DNA of 64,000 bases from Pecten maximus. Its lineage: Eukaryota. Made by a program: the position numbers and the translations under genes. Of the stretch, positions 1 to 12,050 are shown in pieces. The stretch is taken from assembly GCF_902652985.1 (NCBI RefSeq), contig NC_047029.1, forward strand, positions 34,348,001-34,412,000, in the 5' to 3' direction. The notes beneath the pieces were generated by a model. That model saw only the letters and a list, made by a program, of their open reading frames with translations. It had not been told where the DNA came from and did no database searches. Position 1 is the stretch's first letter; every line of letters begins with the position of its first letter.

Positions 1-1
1 G

Positions 2-2161
2 GACAAATGCGAGTTCTTCAAAGACTCCATTGAATTTTGTGGACACACCATCGACAAAGATGGCCTGCACAAGACGCCTAGTAAGGTGGAAGCTGTGGTA
101 AAAGCACCCTGCCCAGAAAATGTAAGTCAACTCAAGTCTTTCCTTGGACTTGTGAACTATTATGCTAAGTTCATTCAGAACTTGTCATCGATTGTAAACC
201 CTCTCAACCAGTTACTAGAGGCCGACCAGAAGTGGGTATGGTCTAAGGAGTGTGACGCAGCATTCCGACGTGTGAAGGAAGTCGTGGCATCTGAGCAAGT
301 ACTGACTCATTTTGACCCTTCGAAAAAGGTACAGTTAGCGACAGACGCATCTCCCTATGGTTTGGGCGTTGTGCTATCGCACATGATGGAGGATGGATCT
401 GAAAGGCCAATAGCCTTTGCGTCGCGTTCTCTCTCAAAATCGGAACGCAATTATTCTCAAATAGACAAAGAGGCACTTGGGATAGTTTGGGGAGTAAAGA
501 AATTCTACCAGTATCTGTATGGGCGTCTGTTCATTTTACTGACGGATCATCAGCCGTTGACGTCTATATTTCACCCAGAGAAGGGGATCCCAATGACAAC
601 TGCAGCTAGACTTCAACGCTATGCCCTATTTTTGGCAGGATTCCAATATGACATCAAGTACAAGAGTACAACAAGACATGCAAATGCAGATTGTTTGTCG
701 CGATTACCCTTGGTCTCTAAGCAGGAGACAGAAGGAGACACTGTCGAGACGTTCATAGTGTCTCATATGGACACTCTCCCGGTAACTAGCAAGGAAATCT
801 CACGAGAAACTTTAAAAGACCCAACCCTGTCAAAAGTGTACACCACTGTACAGCGAGGGTGGATCGAGGGTGAAGATAAATGCTTAGGCATATTCTACAA
901 CAAGCGTGTGGAAATAAGCATTCATCAGAACTGTCTGTTTTGGGGTATACGTGTTATTGTTCCCAGTGCACTCAGGCAAAGAGTGCTAGACGAGTTACAT
1001 GAAGGACATGTCGGCGTGGTAAAGATGAAAGGCTCAGCAAGAAGCTATGTCTGGTGGCCGGGCATTGACACAGACATTGAACACGTTTGTAAATCTTGTA
1101 CAGGATGCCAGGAGGTCAAGCATGCGCCACCCGCCGCACCTATTCACCCATGGGAATGGCCGTCCATTCCCTGGCAGCGTATTCATATAGATTTTGCAGG
1201 CCCATTCCTCGACATGATGTTTTTTGTGGCAGTCGATGCCCATTCAAAATGGCCTGAAGTGGTTCCGATGAAAACGACCACAGCAGAGAAAACTGTGGAG
1301 GTGATGCGAGAGATATTCAGCAGAAACGGAGTCCCAGCTCAGGTAGTGAGCGATAATGGCCCCCAGTTCGTACCGGAACATTTTTCCAATTTCATGAGGT
1401 GTAATGGAATTAAACACACAACATCAGCTCCATATCATCCAAGCACTAACGGTCTCGCGGAGCGTTTTGTCCAGTCTTTCAAAGGTGCAATGAAAGCAAG
1501 CAAGAAGGACTCTGGTTCAGTACAGAAAAGGCTGGCCAACTTTCTATTGGCATATAGAAACAGTAAACATATGACCACGAATAAGACCCCAGCAAAGCTC
1601 TTCATTGGACGTAACTTACCGTCGCGGCTTGATTTGATCAAACCGGATATAAGACGACGCGTTGATGAACACCGCTGGAAACAAGAATCCAAGCGACAGG
1701 TTCCTTGTAGATCATTCTCTGTTGGAGAGCCGGTATCTATACGTGACTATCGTGGTTCACAGAAATGGATTTATGGCAAGGTTGCAGAGAAGACGGGCCC
1801 GGTCTCGTACAAAGTTGAAATTGCACCAGGTGTATTTTGACGTAGACATTTGGACCAGCTTCGTGCTACAGAGGTGGTCGAGAAACCATCAGAAGTCAAC
1901 TTACCTGTTAAAGGAGATGTTACACCCAACTCTCCAACAGTCTTACTGGAAAATACAGTCAGTAACAAGTCAAGAGTCATCGACAACAGTGTGTCGTCAG
2001 TACCATCAACAATGTGTCAAGAGTCGTCAAGTGAAGTCAGTTCACCGTCTCCTGTCATTGAGCCTTGTCCGACGCCAGAGAATATGTTGACGCCGAAGCG
2101 GCGTTATCCACGTCGCAACATCGTTCCACCAAAGAAGCTTCAAGACTTTGTTACGACCTAG
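2..2161 (+). mobile_element. pol: Ty3/Gypsy LTR retrotransposon pol (RT C-terminus, RNase H, integrase), 5'-truncated by the window edge, one internal stop at 1838-1840
   Basis: Frame is open from base 2 (DKCEFFKDSIEFCGHTID...). Motifs: SFLGLVNYY (RT thumb), LATDASPYGLG/ERNYSQIDKEALG/TDHQPL (RNase H), HEGH..C..C zinc finger, IHIDFAGP/VSDNGPQF/NGLAERFV (DDE integrase). ORF 1850-2161 is in the same frame after the TGA (GVF*RRHLDQLR). Confidence 0.95.
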
Positions 2162-2640
2162 TTTTCTGTTTGAGTGTTCGCAGACATTTCTAGTAATTTC
2201 TATGAACACACTGTGTCAGGGGCACAATAATCCCTGTGTGTATCATAGGAACCATGTCGGTTCCAAAATTTTTGTTAAATAACAAGTTTGTATTGATAGA
2301 ACATCAAGCAGATGTGTTATGTTGAGTTAGTTGTTACAGCTACAAGTTACAGTTCACAGTTATAAGTGTTTAAATGTGTATTCGCTGATTATATCTAAAA
2401 CAGTCAAATACTACTATAGGTTTTTATAGAATTTTGCAATGATTGGACAAAATGATGCTAGTCTTGAAAGTGAAAACAAGTCTACAATAGGCTTGAGTGA
2501 ATTTTATTGTGAAGGACAATTTAAACAGAGACATGGCTCTTGTATGTATCAACATTGATGCATTATAGGTAAATGATGTCCAAGTGATCTTGTCAATATT
2601 AGTAATTGTTATTATAACTTCATAATTAGGAGGGAGGATA

Positions 2641-2791
2641 TGTAGTGTATTCATTCCGGAACTATATAAGTGTCCGGATCCCATTTAGTCTCGCCTGGCG
2701 TAGCGATATGTTTTATGGAAATAAATAGTTTTAAGTTGCCGCCATTGAATATACAGTTGTGTTATTCTGTTCCTCCGGCAAAGACACCACA
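2641..2791 (+). mobile_element. 3' LTR of the Gypsy element (151 bp)
   Basis: Polypurine tract AGGAGGGAGGA at 2628-2638, followed after 2 nt by TGTAGTG...CACCACA termini (imperfect inverted, TG..CA). Internal TATATAA and AATAAA. Confidence 0.8.
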
Positions 2792-3854
2792 TCTCCAAGG
2801 TGCAGGTCCATGTTTGAATATTTCCTCACATACTTGAAAAAAATAACAAATAATAAGTTATTTCAACTTTTCATTGTCCAATCATGAATGTCTAATAGAA
2901 GGTGCGTCGAAATAAATGGCGCTATCAATATTCGACGTGGTTACGCTTCATCAAATAATGACGTCACGTCATTGTGACAAGAGCCAGCTGTCTGTCCATG
3001 TCCTGTGTGAGATCGCGTCATCCCGGCCTTACCAAGGGGTTACCTTGTGAAGTATGTGAGAAAACTATCCTTCCGTTATGAACAGTAAAATCTTAACATA
3101 TATCAATCATCAATTTGGTACAGTAAATGCCATGGGATTGACAGGTTCCGGTTTGAATTATTTTTTATACTTGTATTTCGCGAACATAACGAATATTGAC
3201 AACATATTTACTGAACAATTAGGAGCATTTTACCAAGGTATCGCTATTTACAAGTACACGTAAATAGATTGCATAAGTTCTTTAAAATTATTAATCACTA
3301 CTAATACGATTACAGCTGATGAACCTAAACCAAGTGCAAGTTATCATATATGAACAACTCTAGCGGCCATATTTCTGTATACGGATTTTATCTCTTAACG
3401 AGAAATGTATTCTAACTATAGAAACACACCGGCATATACAGCACTTCCATTAATCTTAGTCAGATAGTCATTAAACTAAGCTAAATGTGTCTACCTCTCA
3501 TTCCATTTTCTCTTGACACCACGAATGCCAGTCAATTCCTAAACCAAAGGACTCCGGACATTATCCACATAAGCTCTCTTGCTATGAAGGTCTCAGAAAA
3601 AACGCCCAGGGTCCCGACTCTTTACAAGAACAATCAATGTCGCCATTCCTTCAACATCAATGCTGATCGAGTGTTTTGATAGGTAATCAAATAAATCGGT
3701 ATCAAAACTACTGTATTGAATAGTCATCATATCTGAATTCTACTGTTGGTATTTTGTGCTATGCTAAAACATGATATTGATTATTTTAGTTTTAAAAACT
3801 CGACTCAGATTTTGTATTATTTTTTTTTATCAAATTAAATGGAATTGGATTCAA

Positions 3855-3962
3855 TCTCGCGTGAGGCAGTTGCCTAGTACTGACCGTAGGCAGTTTTTTG
3901 TTTTTGTTTTTTGTTTTGGTTACCCCGGCTTTCCGCCACCTCAAAAACCTGACACGTCCTTA
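3855..3962 (+). mobile_element. Degenerate partial copy of the tRNA-derived SINE seen at 26391
   Basis: ggcagttgcctagtactgaccgtagg...ccggctttccgccacctcaaaaacctgacacgtcctt matches the body of the 26391-26613 SINE. Confidence 0.7.
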
Positions 3963-5912
3963 AAAGACTTGTATCACATCCTGCACGTTTTGTACTCAAA
4001 GCCCTGAAACGGCAATAAACAGGTTAACACACCATCACCTGAATGGGATCGCCTATTGGCCTACTCAAGACACAATCAGTGTTTTTTGCAAAGTGTACGT
4101 TTAATATTCATATCTCTGCAATTATTATGTAGTTTTTTGTATGTTTATAGTCCGTCAAAGTAAAATGTTTAATGTTGTGTAAAATACGACGTTTCAGTAG
4201 ATTGTTATGTCTTTTTCTGTATATTTAAGTTCAAAATTACACTTCTAGTCTAAATGTTCAGATTAATACCAGTGTCTGGGAGAAATCAGAGCGCGTCGCT
4301 GACCTAGATGATATGATTAGTGAAGAAAGGCATGTGACCCTGGGTGTTTTGAAGATCATACACTGTTTCTGTCATAAACTGTCTATTTACAATGTTGAAG
4401 CTGAAAAGCGTGAAGAAATATTATTTATACCCCGGGTAAGACTTTACGTCAAGGTGACACCACAGCGAGTCTATAAGGGCTTCGGGTGGGTTCATGTTTC
4501 CAAATCTATCTAGTCCAGAGTCTGTTTTCTCATAATTATTTCACGTTATGTGGAACTACAGCATTCAGAAACAACAAAGACTATCGACATCATAGCGAAA
4601 TCATCGGAGAATAAGATCAAGTGTTCCGGAGAAGCTAGCGTCTTCTGTTTCATTGACGACACACATCCTGCAAGACTTGGATCCGTATCAATTTTATCAT
4701 TTATCACTGAACGCAACTGGGACAGTTAATGTTTCATGCTTGAATGATAGTACACGTGTTTGTTTAAAAGAGGTAATCCATTGACAAAATGAACATTAAC
4801 AGGACGAATTATCAATCCTTGAGACACACCAATAGTTATAGGTGACATATACACATGTACTTCAAATTCTGTGGAAATCTATAAGAAGTTTGACATTCAA
4901 TGCTGATCAGATTTTTACGGGGGCATTGTACATGTATAAGTTGGTCATATAGGCAGTTCCCCTCAGACAATGTTTGTGACGTTGGTTATCAGGGTGGTAT
5001 ATAAGATTATTGTATTTATACTCATGTATATTAAATATGACGACGACGATTTTTTAATATTTTTCTTTTCCGTATATCATTTACACTGGAGCAATGGAAG
5101 AAGCTATGTGTGACGAAGGACGACGATGACATGCATATAACGCTAGCTTAAAGTGTGGTGAACTTACATTGTGCATTGAGGCAAAAAGGGCATGGCGCCC
5201 GTCACCGGATACCTTGTAAATAAGCTTGGACAGAATCACAACGAAATCTTATCAACAGTATCCAGTTTATAATGTCCCGATCTCCCAGAGAACACTTAAT
5301 CAAAAGCCGGGAAACCAGACAAAAGCCATGAAGGACATGTAGCAATGTCTAAAACGCAGCGAAGAGAACGATAAAATGAGACAAATCAAGTTAGAAATCA
5401 TGGTCGATTGCATGCTTGTTCTCGTTGGTGCAGTCGTCAAAGATCAATGGCCCGGATGTCGAGTGGAGACTCCGTCTCCTCAGGTACACATGTCGGACGG
5501 TTGCCTGATGACCCAGACTGAAGGCAGAAGATATGTATTTTTCAACAGGCTAAAGATAAAGTCACCGACTAAGACATTCAATATTTTCCAAACGATTCTA
5601 TTACTGATTGAGTTGTCTATCGGTGGGGGAAGTCTACAAGCATGGACAGCCTACGGTTTTGACTACAATGTTCATCCTTCTTTAGGCATGAAAAATAATT
5701 CACTAAAACTTTCAAAATGTGTAATGTGAAGTTGTTATTTTCTAGAGACTTGCAGTCTTTAACACTGGGAACAAAGTAACAAAAATCAATCTTGGACAAT
5801 CTTAGACAATATATACAGAAAGCAATAAGTATTTGCAGCTTGAGTTGGTCTCAAACACTAGACACGAATTGGCTTCCTTCTTCATTGTGCTACTGTGCTA
5901 TGTATAGAGAAT

Positions 5913-6240
5913 GCAGGGTAAGTGTGTTAAAATATAAGCTGAGTTTTGGCGAAGGTAAGAATAGGCAAAAACGGCGAGCCTTGGCGAGCAGCTTTTGCCT
6001 TTCTATCCCGAACCAAAAACACAGCTTACATCTTAAGACACTGGTCATATATTCTATCTATCCTGCAACAGTCGTAAAAGATACTCATTGTTTGAATTAA
6101 ACGGTATTGATAATGCTCCAAAAAAATTCATTTTCGCTTGGAAGTAGGTAAGTTGAATGGACGCACAATCTAAGATTTTGAAATACAGCTGTTTTCCGTT
6201 AGTGCCAAACCGATAATGCGAATGCCAGTTGCAGGATAAA
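5913..6240. mobile_element. Non-autonomous DNA element with a long internal hairpin (family uncertain)
   Basis: Inverted arms gtgttaaaatataagctgagttttgg / ccaaaaacacagcttacatcttaagacac around cggcgagccttggcgagc. Inverted pair tatcctgcaac / gttgcaggata. Confidence 0.4.
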
Positions 6241-7200
6241 TGTAAATATTAGCACAATATACATTTCAGGTGCATTAATAAAGTTGTTGATACGAAAGTA
6301 AAGATATGAATTTCTTGTCAAAGTTGTTCTGTCTTAAATGTATATAGAGAAAACGTGTCTAGTTTGTAATGTCTTAGGAAAGCCGAGATGACGAGGCAGT
6401 GCCAAGTTAAACGTTGTTTCACTAGGAAGGAGGTCAGTCGAATGGACGCACGCGCTAAGATTCTAAAATACATCGTAACCTATTATCTGTGGTCCAATAT
6501 AATAAACAGATGACTAGATTCCGTAATTATCATTACACTTAAGTTACTAAACCTTTATATATCCAGGTTACGATATATCTTCATTAATGTGGAAAAATCA
6601 GAAGGAACTAACATAAGCTCTAATTAAGCTTGTTTAAGATATCAGTATGTGTTTTGAGTATTTTTTCATATTGAATAAATAGTTTATAGTTAACCACAAA
6701 CGTTTTAGAATTACAGTACACTCAGTACTTTGATTGTATCATCTCTGTCCCGAAGAAGGTTAAGAGCAGTTTGATAATCATGAATCAAATATACAATTGT
6801 AAGTTATAGCCCATGATGGAACTATTCATTAGTATAATGTGTATATATACCTAAAATGTATCTACTTCATACTGTAGCAAGTTATCATTTATTCCACCAA
6901 TTAAATTTTTTTTTTTTTTTTTTTTTAATTTTTTTTTAAATTTTGTACTTTATGAGATATCTTAGATACTCTGTAAGATATTGTATGTAAGAAATGAGAT
7001 ATCTTGTATACTGTATAAGATATCTTATACAGAACTGTCGCCAGGATGGTCTGTTACCCTGCTCCCTAATCCACCTTTGATTCCCGCTCAGCTCCAAACA
7101 CTTATTCAGATATAATGGACCAGAAATAGCACAACAGTAAGGACACGAGTATAACTCCAGTGTACATGTGTGTGCTGACTACAATTCAAAAAGTTCAGAT

Positions 7201-7979
7201 GAAACAAGAAATATCTTTATAAAGATAAACGGCATAGTTTTAATGCTGGTGGTTATAATGTAAAACTGCTGGTGAAATAAATTAACGTACTAATTAATAA
7301 ATGCGCAGTTTCAGCACGGATAACAAACTTATATCAGTTTGAATCGTTTTTGGTGATAATAAGACTACATTTGAATCAGGAATATGATTTTATTAAAGTG
7401 TCATTTGAATAGATACATCCACGTATATTCAGCTTGCATTCAATCTTAATTTTGTTTCGTCTTTAACTACATATCTGTATTTTGCATTTACCGCTACATT
7501 GACCAATCACATACTTCATCTTGACCAGTAGCGCTACCTTTCGCGTCATATCCGGGTCGAAAAGAAAATTATACGACTATGCCGAAAAATGTTGAAACTA
7601 CTTGTGAGGACAAGATTTGTCTACGACTGAAGGGACATAACCGCAATAGAAGTGGACAGAAAAAATCACGGATATAGTTCCAGTGTGTGGTGACTACATC
7701 GGTAATGCTTCACGAAATTCGGATAGAACTTAAGAGGAGTTTTCCCGACAACTTAGTCTACGACCTTATTGAATCATAACTACCATAAAATAGACGTCTC
7801 CATATATCCACAAAGTTAGCGAATCCAAAAATAAAGCGCGAGCACACAACTTCAGTGTGATAAAATTAATATAATTACAAAGGTGAGCAAACTTGGATGA
7901 AGTCTGTAGAAGGAGCTGTCCCGATATTAAGATTCAGTCTACAGTCTTAATCAAAAGATATCTTTTAATACAACAAAAA

Positions 7980-8010
<31 letters not shown>

Positions 8011-8175
8011 ATGAATGAATGAATGAATGAATGAAAAAATAAATAGAAAATAGGCGGATCCAAAAATAAAGCTAAGGTACACAACCTCAGCGTGTGATAA
8101 ACACACACACAAAGTTTAATGAAGACCGAAGGAGTTGTCCGGACACAGACAGTCATACAGACAGACGGACGGACA
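7201..8175 (-). mobile_element. Helentron-associated (HINE/pearl-like) non-autonomous repeat with embedded microsatellites
   Basis: AAACAAG end, (ACAG/ACGG)n tract at 8146-8175, (AAAT)n(GAAT)n at about 7975-8035. This layout is typical of bivalve HINE-like repeats. Confidence 0.45.
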
Positions 8176-8765
8176 TTAAACATCTTCAATCTAACATAAC
8201 TTCACATTGGAAAGGTATCTTTGTATGATCTAATTCAATCATTAAGGAACAGCTAATTGGTGGATTAATCATCGAATCAAATGACGTCTGTTTTCTTTGC
8301 TGTTACTTTTGATATATTACAAGTTATTGGGAAGAATTAAAAAAAACAATTCTTAGATACAACTCATTTCAATTCGTAAAAAGGAACGATTAAACAGTTT
8401 GTTGTGTTTAGGTCTTGACAAATCGTGGTCACGATGATCGCTTTGTATTCTCTAAGCACTCTATAGTAAATTTAAATACTTAACATTAATAACGATTAAA
8501 TACCTAAAATATCAATAACTTTATGAAACCCGATATACAAACATATACCCATTTAATTCCAAATTCCCATACAATGTACAATGTAGATTTTGAAACAAAC
8601 ATCAAGTTATTTTAACTTCGACGTCGATCTGACTGGAAATAAAAAAAGAATGCGCTAATGAAAACCATAACTGGTGTCTAATATTTATCATTATTGATTG
8701 GCATTTACCTTTCAACGTTATAAATGTTTTGAGTCACGATATTGTTTTTGTTCCTTTTGTTTTCT

Positions 8766-9022
8766 CCACAGGGGCTTGGCACGATTTTCCAAAGGATGGT
8801 CCATATATATATATGTATTATAGTGTCACTATAATACATATATATATGGACCATCATTTGGAAAATCGTGTCAAGCCCCTGTGGTTTTCTCGGACATATT
8901 TCTCATTCTGTCTAGTGAAATAACTTAAATTGTGTCTACATGGGCTTGGCACGATTTTCCAAATGATGGTCCATATATATATGTAAACATGGACCAACAT
9001 TTGGAAAATCGTGCCAAGCCTC
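8766..9022. repeat. Two adjacent foldback palindromes (MITE-like), 8766-8884 and about 8942-9020
   Basis: ccacaggggcttggcacgattttccaaa...tttggaaaatcgtgtcaagcccctgtgg is a near-perfect 119-bp palindrome. A shorter copy with the same arms follows. Confidence 0.85.
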
Positions 9023-10359
9023 TGTGCCTGTGTCATATCACTTGTTCATTGTACATGTAGCTTGACCATATGCATATGTCTAAATCTATACAGTATTTTA
9101 AATCCTCACGTCCTGACAGAGTATAGAATGTTTACATATTTACTTATAAAATGGTACGTAGAGTAGAAAGCTAATCAAACAATGACGGTATGTCCTACAC
9201 GACACGTGACACTGATAACAAACACGTAACCAGAGACGCACGTGTGTTGATCGGATTTTAAAATAGATCTCCGTCACATTGGTCAGTATTCAGAACGTTC
9301 TAGATATCGATCAGGAACTGACTAGGTGAAGTACCGTTTATGTTTAACTTATAAATATGAACTGATCAGGCGAAGTGGCGTTAATTTATATGTACTTTGT
9401 ACACATTAATTATATTCTGTATGGACACATAAGGTCTGAAAACGGGGAGGAACAAGAAGGGAGCTGAGGAAAAAATAGTAGTCTCGATTTTGTTGGTTTG
9501 TTAATCATTTCGGCCAAATAATTACAAGTGCGGCAAATAAGAACTTAATTAAAATTGGCGCATTACAATACGTGATACATAATTTTATTTTTGTAAGTGT
9601 ACTTTCTACTTATAGTGAAATAGTTTGTATCATAGTGAAATAAAGAGCGACAACTCTGGTTAAGATTGAGACGAAAATGTCATCACAAGAAATGGTCATC
9701 CTAAAATAGAACAGATAACATTTTTTTTTTTTAAATCAGAAATAGATAAAATATATCAAAATTTAATCTTTTACAACTTGTAATGATGTAAACTATTGAC
9801 TGGTCACAAAACGAAGAAAAATATCATCAAATCTGGTATTAAGAAGAAAACAAAACAAACAAACAAAAAGAAGAAAAAAAAAAAAAAAAAATACACATAA
9901 GTCACTAAAAAACTACAAACAAACAAAAAACCGAAAGAAATGTAACTTATTATTGAGGTCATTTCTAGCCTAACACCACCACGACCTTTTTATAGATTTT
10001 ATGTCTAATTATAAGATTATATTTATTTCTGGCAGGATAGAAATCATCTTTACTGGTCTCAAGACATACACTTACAGATCACTGAATGTTAGCTTTATAA
10101 CAGGGACCTGAGGATTTGTTGCAGTCTATGTGTATTAGCTTTCAGACGTTTCGGATAAAATTTCCCTTGATGTTCATTAATTTACAGATTTTTATTAATA
10201 ATAAAAAAAGTATGAAAATACACAGCACGTGTATGAGCTCTAGGTGCCTGCTCGCGCCCAAATCTGTATTTCTCCCACTTAGAAACTCTTGAAATAATAT
10301 ATACCTTTAATTTGTTCCCCGTGTGGAACCTCTTCATATGATGATGCCGTGCTTGCATA

Positions 10360-10522
10360 TATTTGGCGGGGAAAAGTTTACGTCATAGCCGTAAAAGTAA
10401 ACAAGCACCACACGTGTCACGAAGGAAACGTACATGTGTGTCACAGTACTGCAAATGTCGTCTGCTGCCATCTAGATACCCAGTCCGGAGTGAAATAACC
10501 CAGCGAGTGAAAGTAAGGGTAG
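10360..10522 (+). promoter_or_regulatory. Putative ABCB1 promoter and non-coding first exon (donor at 10523)
   Basis: Locally CpG-enriched patch with TTACGTCA (CRE-like, 10378), GTAAACAA (Fox-like, 10397) and CACGTG (E-box, 10411). It ends in a consensus donor AG|GTAAGT that could join the acceptor at 12025 preceding the ATG exon. Confidence 0.45.
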
Positions 10523-12050
10523 GTAAGTAAATTCACACTTTTAAATCAAAATAATTATGATAATTCAGAAAGATTTATCTTTTCTAGTTTGAATAGATTC
10601 TAATGGATATTTTGATTTCGCTCTCAGATGTGGTCGAGATCATTTTAATTTTAGTGACCCAAGGTTTTGCTTGGACCTCAATCAACATGGCCAATATACC
10701 ACACATTTGAAGACTATTTAGTTTGCAAAGTATGAAAAATGGCCATGTTTGTTCAACACAAACCTTTATATATACTTATACTTGTCCATTTTAAAATGTG
10801 AAAGATCGATAAATCGTTACAGATTTTGACCCGGTCACTAGTAGATCTAGAGCTCCATAAGTCTTTAGGCTTATTGATAAGATAGGGGAAAACCATTGAA
10901 TTATTATACGTATGCCTCCTAGTGGTTAGACATTGAAGTGGGCCTGTAACCTCTATTTATATTAATATTTCCAGATGCCAAAATGAAGCAGAATATTAAT
11001 TGTTTGTCTAAGACAAAGTGTTGTACATACATCTATATCGGTGTCCATAGGGTTTTAAACTCGGGGTTTACAATCAAGCTAAATCCACAGGAAAGCTTAC
11101 CAGTCTCAGTGTGTGGGGTAAGGGTGTGATTTAGTTATATTTTTGTCTATTTTTGTGGAAAGTCCGAAACATTGGAATTTTTAGACAAACTAAAACCAAG
11201 GGAATCTCTCGTAATATTTTTTGACTCAGAATTAATGATGTTATTTGTTTTCCAATCCAATTTGCTGCCATCAAAAGATAATTGAAATGAAAGAATTGGG
11301 TGTCTAACCAGTAATTAATTACAAGTCTACAACCATGGTCCATAACACAGGAATACGAATATAATGTGACATTTTATGGGAAAAATAAATAAGAACTAAA
11401 ATGAAATGTTCAAGAAACCTGAGTTAGAGATTTCAGACTCTGGTATAATGTTTATCCAGTGCTCTCTAGAATAAATTTAGGACATACAATTCATGACACT
11501 TTACAGACACAATACCCTTTAAATAGTAATTGCACATTGCAATATTGATGTTTTTAATTCTAAAATAATACATTTCGTACCAGGAAAGAACTAAAATGAA
11601 ATGTTCAAGAAATCTGAGTTAGAGGTTTCAGACTTTGGTATAGTGATTATCCAATGCTTCTGATAGAATACATTTAGGACATACAATTCATGAATGGATG
11701 GAATAAGTTTAGGACATATGTAGACTAGTAGTGCCATTGTTTTACAATACTGCTTTTATGTCAGCTGTCCGCGAAATACGTATACCGTTCATAAAAGTAT
11801 CATACGCAATGCGACATAGCGTTAGCACGCGCGGGAAAGTAGCATGTGACACTTTACAGACACATTGAATACCCTTTAAATAGTATTGTACATTGCAATA
11901 TTGAAGTTTTTAATTTTAATGTTTCACATTTCATATCAGGTATTAGGCCTTACAGTCCTCTTTTGCCTTTTAAAATCAATTGTCACAGTGTTGTTTGTAA
12001 TGTAAGTTTTACTGTTTTTACACAGGCCCTGCTGTGGGTGAAATATCACC

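Noticed and set aside
1838-1840. Programmed readthrough or selenocysteine at the TGA in pol
   Set aside because: The position corresponds to a Trp codon. A single G>A mutation is the simpler explanation.
5376-6100. ORFs of 117 and 102 aa upstream of ABCB1
   Set aside because: No recognisable domain or exon chain. They overlap repeat-like sequence.
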